Assembly (NCBI GenBank): GCA_963783765.1
Contig: CAWAOV010000006.1
Coordinates: 402,136 to 434,135 of the forward strand
Origin: an uncultured Chloroflexia bacterium
Lineage (GTDB): Bacteria > Chloroflexota > Anaerolineae > Anaerolineales > UBA11858
Reading direction: 5' to 3'
Length of the DNA: 32,000 bases
Shown here: positions 9,400-17,858 of the stretch, piece by piece
Layout of the letters: every line of letters begins with the position of its first letter
Position numbering within the stretch: position 1 is the first letter of the stretch
Program-made: the position numbers and the translations under genes
The notes under the pieces: generated by a model
Databases searched by the model: none
What the model saw: the letters and a program-made list of their open reading frames with translations, nothing else
Told to the model about the DNA's origin: nothing

Positions 9400-9427
9400 G
9401 AGTTGAGCCTTTTTTAAGGCTCAACTC
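9400..9427. other. intercistronic hairpin between acsB-acsD and acsC
   Basis: Perfect 12-bp stem GAGTTGAGCCTT-TTTT-AAGGCTCAACTC with no downstream T-run on the + strand. Confidence 0.8.
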
Positions 9428-9471
9428 AGCAAGCTTAAACGAAAAACAAATAAGAACAACGGAGAAAACGC

Positions 9472-10803
9472 ATGGCTCTAACCGGAATTCAAATTTACAA
9501 GCTGCTCCCTCAGACAAACTGTAAGGAATGTGATTTCCCTACCTGCCTGGCCTTTGCCATGAAATTGGCTGCCAAACAGGTTGAACTAGCTAAATGTCCT
9601 TATGTAAGTGAGGAATCAGCAGCACAACTGGCTGAGGCTGCTGCACCGCCAGTCCGTCCCATAACGATCAAATCAAATGGGCATGAAGTGAAAGGCGGAA
9701 ATGAAATTGTTATGTTCCGCCATAATAAAAGATTCTTCAGTCCCCCCGGGATTTTTGTCCGGGTTTATGACGATCAATCGGCCGATGATATCAAGGCCAA
9801 GGTTAAACCAGTCTCTGATTATGTAGTGGATTATGTTGGCATGGATCTGACAATGGGCGGGATCGCCATCCAGGCACGCGGAGGAGATTTTGGTGCCGCA
9901 GTGAAAGCTGTCCGAGAGGTCAGTACAATTCCCCTGATCCTGATTGCTCCTCCGGAGGTATTAAAGACCGGTTTGGAAAGCCTGGGCGCTGATGATATCC
10001 CGCTTTTATGCAGCGCGACTGCGGAGAATTGGGAAAAAATGGCCGCCCTGGCAAAGGAATATAATGCTCCCCTGGCAGTTGAAGCAGGCAATATCGACAC
10101 CATGGTCGATCTGGTGGAGAAGCTGGAAAGCAAAGACCTAAAGGATTTTGTGCTGTCACCTACACAAAGAACCCTGATTGGCACTTTAACCGCCAATACC
10201 ACCATACGGCGAATGGCTCTGAAGGAAAATTACCACCAGCTAGGTTTCCCGATCATCAACTTCCCGGGCGATGTGGGTGACCCTGCCCGCGAGCTGACTC
10301 TGGCAATGCAAGCCATTGGCAAATACAGCAGTTTTATTGTCATGGATACCTTTGATCCCGCCACCGCTTATTCACTATTGGTGCTGCGAGCAAATATCTA
10401 CACTGATCCCCAGGAACCCATTCAGGTCACTCCGGGAATTTACGAGATCAATAACCCTGGCCCCGAGGATCCTTTCCTGGTCACTACGAACTTCAGCATC
10501 ACTTACTTCAGTGTTGCCAATGAAGTGGAAAGCATGGGCATACCTGCCTGGCTTCTGGTAACAGACTCGGAAGGTATGAGCGTGCTCACAGCCTGGGCGG
10601 CTGGCAAATTTGATGCCGAAATCATCGCCAAGGACGCCAAGCGATTCAATGCGGCTGAAAAGGTGACCAAGAAACGCATTGTGCTGCCAGGTCATACGGC
10701 GGTATTGTCCGGTGAACTTGAGGAAGAACTTCCAGATTGGGAAGTAAAAGTCGGCCCCAAAGAGGCTGTTGACCTGCCCGCATTCATGAAAGAAGCACTA
10801 TAG
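9472..10803 (+). CDS. acsC: corrinoid iron-sulfur protein large subunit (AcsC/CdhE)
   Basis: 443 aa; N-terminal [4Fe-4S] motif 'TNCKECDFPTCLAFAMKLAAKQVELAKCPYV'; TIM-barrel and C-terminal corrinoid-binding region. Confidence 0.95.
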   Translation: MALTGIQIYKLLPQTNCKECDFPTCLAFAMKLAAKQVELAKCPYVSEESAAQLAEAAAPPVRPITIKSNGHEVKGGNEIVMFRHNKRFFSPPGIFVRVYDDQSADDIKAKVKPVSDYVVDYVGMDLTMGGIAIQARGGDFGAAVKAVREVSTIPLILIAPPEVLKTGLESLGADDIPLLCSATAENWEKMAALAKEYNAPLAVEAGNIDTMVDLVEKLESKDLKDFVLSPTQRTLIGTLTANTTIRRMALKENYHQLGFPIINFPGDVGDPARELTLAMQAIGKYSSFIVMDTFDPATAYSLLVLRANIYTDPQEPIQVTPGIYEINNPGPEDPFLVTTNFSITYFSVANEVESMGIPAWLLVTDSEGMSVLTAWAAGKFDAEIIAKDAKRFNAAEKVTKKRIVLPGHTAVLSGELEEELPDWEVKVGPKEAVDLPAFMKEAL

Positions 10804-10839
10804 GATTGCAGGTGAAAGCAGGTTGTGTTCTATAATAAC

Positions 10840-10885
10840 AGGTAGGGTCGCCGTTCAATTATTGAATGGTCCCTACCTTTTATTA
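10840..10885 (+). terminator. rho-independent terminator/attenuator between acsC and the activator gene
   Basis: AGGTAGGG...CCCTACCT stem with inner TTCAAT/ATTGAA pairing, followed by TTTTATTATCTTT. Confidence 0.75.
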
Positions 10886-10909
10886 TCTTTAATTGTTGGA
10901 TAGGGAAAG

Positions 10910-12832
10910 ATGGCAACCAATTATTCAGTAAAATTTGATATTGCCCAGGAACCGGTTGAAGTTCCGGCAGGAACCCTGTTATCGGATGCTGCCGAAAAAG
11001 CAGGCATAGAGATCAACCAACCGTGTGGAGGTCAGGGGCGTTGTGGGCAGTGTGCTGTTCAGGTGACATCTGGAAATGTGCGGCGCCGGTCTACGATGCG
11101 TTTGTCGGCAGAGGATGTTGAAGATGGCTACGCTATCGCCTGCCAGACAATTATAGAAGGGGATTTGACCGTTGTCGTCCCACCGCAAGAGAAGATCCAG
11201 CAGCGGTTGACCACGGGCCAGTCCGCGGCTGATGTCACAGTCCCGGAAGGTTATGACCATCGTAAGGACCAATCTGTCCACCGAATTCATGTCACATTAA
11301 AACAGCCCTCGATGGAAGATCAAACCAGTGACTGGGCTCGATTAAAGACTGCCTTACTTCTAGAGACTGGGTTGACGAATATATCGATCTCCCTGCCTAA
11401 TTTACAGAAACTACCGGGTGTGCTGCGGGATGGGGACTGGAAAGTATCCCCGGTTTTGTATGTGGAAGATGGAATGGAAGCAGGAGGTTTTGGTGAAGTG
11501 ATAGATCTGCTGCCGGGGTTGGTTTCCCCCGATACACCCCTCTGGGGAGCAGCAGTGGATATTGGCACCACCACAGTCAAAGTGATGCTGGTGGATCTGA
11601 TCAGTGGCGAGCCACAAGGCCAGGCAACTGAATATAATGCCCAGATCGCCCGGGGAGAGGATGTGATCTCCCGGATCATATTCGCTGGAAAAGGGGAGGG
11701 TGATAAAACCCTCCGGTCTCTGGTGTTGGAGACAATAAATGAGCTGCTTGAAAGGGCCTGCCAGAGAGGAAAATCATGCCCGGACAGGATCTACAAAACC
11801 ACCATCGCCGGAAACAGCACCATGACCCACCTTTTACTGCAGATACCTCCCTCAAGTATTCGGCTGGCGCCATTTATCACGGTAGCCAATCACCTACCAG
11901 TGATGACAGCCCTGGAATTGGGTTTAAGAACCCATCCGGAAGGTAAAGCGATCTGTCTGCCCGGGGTTGCCAGTTATGTAGGGTCGGATATATCAGCGGG
12001 CGTGTTGTCTTCTGGTATGTCAGAAACAGAAAAAGTCACCCTCTTCCTCGATGTGGGCACCAATGGAGAAATGGTCCTGGGATCAAAAGAATGGCTGGTT
12101 ACCTGCGCCTGTTCGGCGGGCCCGGCCTTTGAAGGTGCAGGAGTGCTGCATGGTATGCGGGCTACAACCGGTGCAATCGATGAGATCTGGATCAATGAAG
12201 AAACCAAAGAAGCATCCTGGCGGGTGATCGGGGAGGGGAAACCAAAAGGATTGTGCGGCAGTGCTTTGATCTCCCTGCTGGCTGAGTTATTAATGACCGG
12301 AGTGATCAACAAAAGCGGTCGATTTGACTTCTCTTTGGATTCGAAACGGGTTCGAAAAGGCTCCCACGGCGGTGAATATGTGGTCTGCTGGGCGGATGAA
12401 AATGAAATTAATGAAGATATCATCCTGACCGAAGTGGATATTGATAATTTGATGCGAGCAAAAGCAGCAATTTTCGCGGGGTTTTCAGTTTTGGGCGATA
12501 GCGTAGGAATTCCCCTGGAATCTGTTGAACAAGTCTTGATTGGCGGTGGTTTTGGCCAATATATCAACGTCGAAAAGGCAGTTCAAATAGGCTTGCTGCC
12601 AGATATGCCCTGGGAACGTTTTAAGTTCCTGGGAAATACTTCCCTCAAGGGAGCTTATCTAGCTTTGCTTTCCATAAAAAACCGGCAGGAGATATCGGAG
12701 ATCGCTAACCGGATGACCTATATTGAACTTTCTGCAGATAACCGCTTTTTTGACGCATTTACTTCAGCAATGTTTTTACCCCACACTGATATGACTCTCT
12801 TTCCATCTGTGAAGATCGGTGGGGATAAATAA
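10910..12832 (+). CDS. acsV: ASKHA/ferredoxin-domain reductive activator of corrinoid Fe-S protein (RACo/AcsV-like)
   Basis: 640 aa; N-terminal [2Fe-2S] motif 'CGGQGRCGQCAVQV...AC'; ATPase-like 'AAVDIGTTTVKVMLVDL', 'LFLDVGTNGEMVLG', 'VLIGGGFGQYINVEKAV'. Confidence 0.9.
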   Translation: MATNYSVKFDIAQEPVEVPAGTLLSDAAEKAGIEINQPCGGQGRCGQCAVQVTSGNVRRRSTMRLSAEDVEDGYAIACQTIIEGDLTVVVPPQEKIQQRLTTGQSAADVTVPEGYDHRKDQSVHRIHVTLKQPSMEDQTSDWARLKTALLLETGLTNISISLPNLQKLPGVLRDGDWKVSPVLYVEDGMEAGGFGEVIDLLPGLVSPDTPLWGAAVDIGTTTVKVMLVDLISGEPQGQATEYNAQIARGEDVISRIIFAGKGEGDKTLRSLVLETINELLERACQRGKSCPDRIYKTTIAGNSTMTHLLLQIPPSSIRLAPFITVANHLPVMTALELGLRTHPEGKAICLPGVASYVGSDISAGVLSSGMSETEKVTLFLDVGTNGEMVLGSKEWLVTCACSAGPAFEGAGVLHGMRATTGAIDEIWINEETKEASWRVIGEGKPKGLCGSALISLLAELLMTGVINKSGRFDFSLDSKRVRKGSHGGEYVVCWADENEINEDIILTEVDIDNLMRAKAAIFAGFSVLGDSVGIPLESVEQVLIGGGFGQYINVEKAVQIGLLPDMPWERFKFLGNTSLKGAYLALLSIKNRQEISEIANRMTYIELSADNRFFDAFTSAMFLPHTDMTLFPSVKIGGDK

Positions 12833-12896
12833 AGCAGCACAGGAGTGAATTATAATAACCCTAGTAAAACCAAAAGAAGATTGAGGAGGCATTTGT

Positions 12897-13820
12897 ATGT
12901 ACATCATTGGAGAGAATATTCATATCATATCCCCGAGTGTCAAGAAGGCGCTGGCTGATCGTGATGCCGAATTCTTCAAAAAATCGGCGATTCAACAGGT
13001 TGAGATGGGTGCCAGCGCGGTTGACCTGAATCTGGGAAGACAGAAACACGAATGGGAAGAGATCTTTCCCTGGGTAACCAAAATCGTTCAGGATGTTGTT
13101 GACGTCCCGCTTTGCATTGACAGCACCAATTTGGCTGGCATTGAAGCTGCCCTGAAAGTGATCACCAAAGCCAGGCCTATTATCAACTCCACATCAGCGG
13201 AAGCCGAGCGGTTGGAGCAGGTTCCTCTGCTGGCAAAGAAATATGACGCCCAGCTGATCGCCCTGACCCTTAAGAAAGAAGGTATTCCTGTGGAAGCTGA
13301 TGAAAGGGTAAATATCGCCCTGGAATACTTGATCCCCAGAGCTATGGAAGTAGGCATGGAGATGCCAGATTTGATCATTGACCCCTTGGTTCTGACTGTC
13401 TCTGGATGCCAGGAATACTGTCCGGAATTGATCGAAGCCGTTCGGACAATTAAGTATGCCGGTGATCCTCCCCCCTCGATTTCGGTTGGTTTATCCAATG
13501 TGTCCAATGCTGTGCCGGAAGAAACCCGCCCGATCCTCAACCGGGTTTATCTGGCCATGTTAATGGGCGCCGGGTTGGAAATGATGATTGCTGACCCATT
13601 TGATGAAAAACAGAACGAAGTCATCCGCATCATCGAAGAGCGGGATGAAGGAACATCCCTGGGCAAACTTTATTTGAAATTACATGATGCCACCGAGGCG
13701 ATGGGCGAGATCACCAAGGCGGATATTGATGAAAGTGATCCCGAACAGGTCGCTGTCTGGAAGTCCGTTCAGGTGCTTCTGAATAAAGTGATTTACGCCG
13801 ATTCTTTCCTGGAACAATAA
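12897..13820 (+). CDS. acsE: methyltetrahydrofolate:corrinoid/iron-sulfur protein methyltransferase
   Basis: 307 aa; pterin-binding barrel motifs 'GASAVDLNLG', 'LCIDSTNLAGIEAAL', 'IINSTSAE', 'ISVGLSNVSNAVPEETRPILNRVYLAMLMGAGLEMMIADPFD'. Confidence 0.92.
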   Translation: MYIIGENIHIISPSVKKALADRDAEFFKKSAIQQVEMGASAVDLNLGRQKHEWEEIFPWVTKIVQDVVDVPLCIDSTNLAGIEAALKVITKARPIINSTSAEAERLEQVPLLAKKYDAQLIALTLKKEGIPVEADERVNIALEYLIPRAMEVGMEMPDLIIDPLVLTVSGCQEYCPELIEAVRTIKYAGDPPPSISVGLSNVSNAVPEETRPILNRVYLAMLMGAGLEMMIADPFDEKQNEVIRIIEERDEGTSLGKLYLKLHDATEAMGEITKADIDESDPEQVAVWKSVQVLLNKVIYADSFLEQ

Positions 13821-13845
13821 AAAAGAGATTCTCCCGGACTATACG

Positions 13846-13884
13846 ATAAGGCCCGAAGCCTTCTGAAAGGACTTCGTCCCTTTT
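13846..13884 (+). terminator. putative imperfect terminator at the end of the CODH/ACS operon
   Basis: Imperfect hairpin GGCCCGAAGCCTTctgAAAGGaCTTCGtCC followed by CTTTTA. Confidence 0.5.
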
Positions 13885-14020
13885 ATGTTAAATGACATGC
13901 TAAACGACACCTGATGAAAGGATAAATGCTAGGGTAATTCAAAAATTGAATCATCTATAATGAAAACGGTCTTATTAATGAAAGTATTCCAGGCACCACA
14001 GAAAAGGAATTGGAGGATGT

Positions 14021-15376
14021 ATGTCTGAGGAAAACATCAATATTGAAGAATTGCTGGAAAAAGCAAAAAAACCAGCAGCAGATGCGTTAAAACTACATCC
14101 CTTTTATAAGGGAAAGATGGAAACAACGTTGAAATGCACTGTGCGAAGTATCGATGATTTTGCAATCTGGTATACCCCGGGCGTTGCTGCACCCTGTCGG
14201 GATATTTATCAGGACCCCGAGATGGTTTATCAGCATACCAGCAAGGGAAATACCATTGCCGTGATCAGTGATGGAACACGGGTGCTTGGTCTTGGCGACA
14301 TCGGTCCCAAAGCTGGCCTTCCCGTGATGGAAGGCAAGGCCCTCCTGTTCAAATATCTGGGCGGTGTAGACGCAGTTCCGATCATGCTTGATACTAAAGA
14401 TCCTGATGTTTTTATTGAGACGGTTCTGCTGCTGCAGTCCTCTTTTGGAGGAATAAATTTAGAGGATATTGCCCAACCCAAATGTTTCCGAATCCTGGAT
14501 GAGCTGCGGGAGAAGTGTGAGATCCCCGTCTGGCACGATGATCAGCAGGGAACAGCAACTGTAACCCTGGCGGGATTGATGAACGCCTTGAAAGTTGTGG
14601 GAAAAAAGAAGGAGGAGATCCAGATCACCTTTATTGGTTCTGGCGCTTCCAATGTGGCGATTTCTCGCTTGATCTACAGCTGGGGTGTGGATCCGGGTAA
14701 GTGCTTCATGGTGGATAGCAAAGGTATCCTTGGCACCCATAGAGATGATATTAAATCAAAAAAGGATCAATTTAAGGAAAAGTGGCATTTGTGCCAGATC
14801 ACAAATAAAGAAGGCCGCCAGGGTGGAATTCCAGAAGCTATGAAAGGCGCGGATGTAGTGATAGCTCTCTCCAAACCCGGTCCTGATGTGATCAAACCAG
14901 AATGGGTTAAGTCCATGAATCCCGACGCGATCATTTTCAGCTGCGCCAATCCCATTCCCGAGATCTGGCCCTGGGTTGCAAAGGAAGCAGGTGCCAGGGT
15001 TGTTGCTACTGGACGGTCTGATTTCCCCAATCAGGTAAACAACTCACTGGGTTTCCCGGGAATTTTCAGGGGAGTACTGGATGTGAGAGCATCAACGATC
15101 ACAGATGAGATGTGTTTTGCAGCGGCTGAAGCCCTGGCTGACCAGATAGGCGATCAACTTGATGAAGAACATCTTCTGCCCACGATGGATGATTGGGAAG
15201 TGTTTGCTAAAGAAGCAGCGGCGGTAGGCATGAAAGCCCAGGAACAGGGTGTTGCCAAATTAGAGCGCACCTATGATGAGCTTCTGAAAAGCGCTACTGA
15301 AGTTATAAAACGATCCCGGGACCTGACATCCCTGATGGAGAAAAAAGGCTTCATTCCAGCCCCACCGGAAGATTAA
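14021..15376 (+). CDS. NAD(P)-dependent malic enzyme (oxaloacetate-decarboxylating)
   Basis: 451 aa; 'YTPGVAAPCRDI', 'VLGLGDIGPKAGLPVMEGKALLFKYLGGVDAVPIMLDT', 'IPVWHDDQQGTATVTLAGLMNAL', 'FSCANPIPEI'. Confidence 0.95.
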   Translation: MSEENINIEELLEKAKKPAADALKLHPFYKGKMETTLKCTVRSIDDFAIWYTPGVAAPCRDIYQDPEMVYQHTSKGNTIAVISDGTRVLGLGDIGPKAGLPVMEGKALLFKYLGGVDAVPIMLDTKDPDVFIETVLLLQSSFGGINLEDIAQPKCFRILDELREKCEIPVWHDDQQGTATVTLAGLMNALKVVGKKKEEIQITFIGSGASNVAISRLIYSWGVDPGKCFMVDSKGILGTHRDDIKSKKDQFKEKWHLCQITNKEGRQGGIPEAMKGADVVIALSKPGPDVIKPEWVKSMNPDAIIFSCANPIPEIWPWVAKEAGARVVATGRSDFPNQVNNSLGFPGIFRGVLDVRASTITDEMCFAAAEALADQIGDQLDEEHLLPTMDDWEVFAKEAAAVGMKAQEQGVAKLERTYDELLKSATEVIKRSRDLTSLMEKKGFIPAPPED

Positions 15377-15411
15377 ATAGTTCCTTCAACCTTAAATAAT
15401 AACTAAAAAAG

Positions 15412-15452
15412 ACCAGCGAGCAGTCCCTGTGAAAACAGAAACCCTCGCTGGT
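15412..15452. other. inverted repeat downstream of the malic enzyme gene
   Basis: ACCAGCGAG (15412-15420) and CTCGCTGGT (15444-15452), 23-nt loop. The T-run is on the minus-strand side only. Confidence 0.6.
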
Positions 15453-15633
15453 ATGGTTTAAGGAGATAATATTTCCCTACTTCAGGATGATTTTAGGGGT
15501 TTGGGCCAGAATTGGGACTTGATTTTTAGCCAGTTGCAGTATACTGAATTGTACCTTAGTTTATCTTGGCCAATTACATGCCAGCTAATGATATCTTGTG
15601 TTAATATATTCTGGGGAGAAACATAATACGAAG

Positions 15634-15661
15634 TTGACAGGATTTGAAAGTTGTTTATAAT
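15634..15661 (+). promoter_or_regulatory. consensus sigma70-type promoter upstream of the peptide transporter operon
   Basis: TTGACA (15634-15639), 16 nt, TATAAT (15656-15661). Confidence 0.7.
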
Positions 15662-15699
15662 CAAATCCCAAGCACGTTTTTTGAGTATAGATTCTCAGG

Positions 15700-15862
15700 G
15701 GGAAATTCCTAAAGGCAAATCTAATTGTGTATTAACCTTTAGGCGGTGCCAAGCGGGGAAAGGAATTAGGCACAGGTGATCAGAGAGAATTGACTAACTC
15801 GGACCGCACCATTAATTAATTTTTTATATTCCTTATATTTGTTCCCACCATTAACAGGGAAC
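15700..15862 (+). promoter_or_regulatory. putative structured 5' leader with alternative pairings
   Basis: CCTAAAGG (15708-15715)/CCTTTAGG (15736-15743); competing AATTCCT (15704-15710)/AGGAATT (15761-15767); GTGCC (15746-15750)/GGCAC (15769-15773); GTTCCC (15841-15846)/GGGAAC (15857-15862). Confidence 0.45.
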
Positions 15863-15968
15863 CTATTTGCATATAAATGCTATTAAGGAGGTGATGCCCG
15901 GAGACAATACACCTAGCATAACTCAGTACGCAATGCCCTATATCTAATTCTCAATAGGAGGAGAAACA

Positions 15969-17745
15969 GTGTCAAAGAAACTATTTTTTATTTTAATCTC
16001 TCTGCTCATGATCAGTTCCTTCGTTTTGGGCGCCTGCGCCCAGACTCCAGCCCCTGTCGAAGAGGTTGAGGAAGTCGAAGAAATGGAGGAAGTAGAAGAA
16101 GTAGGAAATGGCAGAAGAAGAGGAAATGGCAGAAGAAGTTATGGGTGAAAAGATTCCCCTGACCCTTTACTACATGCCAGTAACCCGCTTCTATTATCCC
16201 AGTCCGAAAGAAATCGGCGAAGCTATGGCTGCCGATCTGGCGAATGCCGGATTTGACGTTCAGCTTGAACTGGCTGGCGACTGGCCCACCTACCTTGGTT
16301 TGCGCCGTGAGGGTAACCTCGATGGTCTCTACCAACTTGGTTGGGGTGGTGACAATGGTGACCCCGACAACTTCTTGAACTACTTCTTTGGATTTGCCGG
16401 TGCTGACAAGGTTGGAGACGATCCTTCAGCATGGGTAAAGAGCCCAGAAGCCCGGGAAGGTTGGTATGCCAATACTGATGTCGCCTACTTGCTCTATCAG
16501 GCGTCCATCACACCGGATCAGGCTGCAAGAGAGGCTATGTACAAGCAGGTCGAGAATCTACTTCACGATGATGTTGCCCGCCTCTGGGTAGCTCACAACA
16601 ATACTCCCCTGGTTTTCTCCAGTTTGGTCAGCGGTTATGTGCCGCAGCCTGTTGGAGCCGACTACTTTGAAGGTGTGACCGTTGAAGGTTCTGACACCTT
16701 TGTATTTGGTCGCGGCGGTGACTCCGTTCAGTTGGATCCCGCAGTTGTAACTGATGGTGAGAGCTTCCGTGTTACCGGACAGGTTCTGGAACCACTCTAT
16801 CAGTATGAACCGGGTTCCACCAAACCAATCCCCGCACTGGCTGAATCTTGCACCCCGAATGCAGAAAGCACTGAATGGGTATGTGCTCTTCGCCAAGGTG
16901 TGAAATTCCACGACGGAACAGACTTCAATGCTGCCGCAGTGGTCTTTAACTTTGAACGCCAGCGCTTTACGTCTCATCCCCAACACTATGAAAGCCAGGT
17001 GTATGAGTATTACGAATACATGTGGGGCGGCCTTGATGATGCGAGCATAATCACCTCAGTTGAAGCTATTGATGACTACACAGTGAAATTCGTGCTTGCA
17101 GAACCCCTGGCTCCGTTCTTGGCTAACTTGGCTATGGATATCTTTGCGATTTCCAGCCCAACAGCAATGGAAGCCGCTGGTGAAGACTATGGTCTTCCCT
17201 CCAATGGCGCAGTGGGAACAGGCCCCTTCAAGTTTGTGGAATGGGTAGAAGGCGATCACATCACAGTTGAAGCAAATGCCGACTACTGGGGTGGCGCGCC
17301 TGGTGTAGAGCAGATTGTGTTCAGAGTCATTGCTGATGACTCCGCTCGCTTCCTGGCTTTGCAGGCTGGCGATATCCAGGGTTTTGAACAGGCCGTGGTA
17401 GAAGATCTGGTCACTGCTGAAGCCGCTGATGACCTTTATGTTATGACCAGACCAGCCCTCAATACCGGCTATCTGGCCTTCAGCTACAAGATTGTTGAAT
17501 TCCAGGATGTCCGAGTTCGTGAGGCACTTGCCCACGCCATCAACCGTGAAGGATTAATCGAAAACTTCTACGGTGCCTATGGTGAAGCTGCAACCAACTT
17601 CCTGCCCCCGTTGATCTGGGGCCATGATAATACTATCGTGGATTGGGAATATGATCCTGAACTGTCACGCTCGTTGCTGGCAGAAGCTGGATTCCCTGAT
17701 GGACTCAGCGAAGTTACCATTGACCCCGCCTTTGTGACCGAGTAA
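15969..17745 (+). CDS. peptide/nickel-type ABC transporter substrate-binding lipoprotein (SBP_bac_5-like), apparently circularly permuted; signal peptide out of frame by 1 nt
   Basis: GTG at 15969 (RBS AGGAGG) encodes lipobox signal 'VSKKLFFILISLLMISSFVLGACAQTPAPVEEVEEVEEMEEVEEV'. The main ORF (16108-17745) has 'YYMPVTRFYYPSPKEIGEAMAADLANAGFDVQLE...LGWGGDNGDPDNFLNYFF' before 'FVFGRGGDSVQLDPA...VKFHDGTDFNAAAVVFNFERQRF...VGTGPFKFVEW'. Confidence 0.85.
16103..16138 (+). repeat. 18-bp perfect tandem repeat, 2 copies
   Basis: AGGAAATGGCAGAAGAAG at 16103-16120 and 16121-16138, next to the apparent frameshift. Confidence 0.95.
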
Positions 17746-17802
17746 CCATCTTAGGAAATAGAAATTCCTGAAAGTAAAAGGTTAGGTCAATCTGTTGTAA
17801 AA

Positions 17803-17832
17803 AAAGGAGGGGCGTTAACCCGCCCCTCCTTT
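17803..17832 (+). terminator. strong intercistronic hairpin/attenuator between the SBP and dppB-like genes
   Basis: Perfect 12-bp GC-rich stem AAAGGAGGGGCG-TTAACC-CGCCCCTCCTTT. Confidence 0.75.
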
Positions 17833-17858
17833 CTGTAAGGAATTATTGGAGGTCTTCT

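Noticed and set aside
11974-12567. 197-aa minus-strand ORF inside acsV
   Set aside because: Antisense shadow ORF; the forward frame has clear ASKHA motifs and the reverse translation has no recognisable domain.
15482-15664. 60-aa minus-strand ORF upstream of the transporter operon
   Set aside because: AT-rich random-looking translation; overlaps the predicted promoter.
15700-15862. c-di-GMP (GEMM), cobalamin, TPP or T-box riboswitch in the transporter leader
   Set aside because: The structure is suggestive, but the invariant sequence motifs of these classes as I recall them are not present, so it is kept as an unclassified leader.
16108-17745. SBP interpreted as a simple pseudogene or two adjacent partial genes
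   Set aside because: Both segments are intact, in one frame, together account for a full-length SBP, and run into each other without a stop or signal peptide. Circular permutation fits better, though a misassembly must still be excluded.
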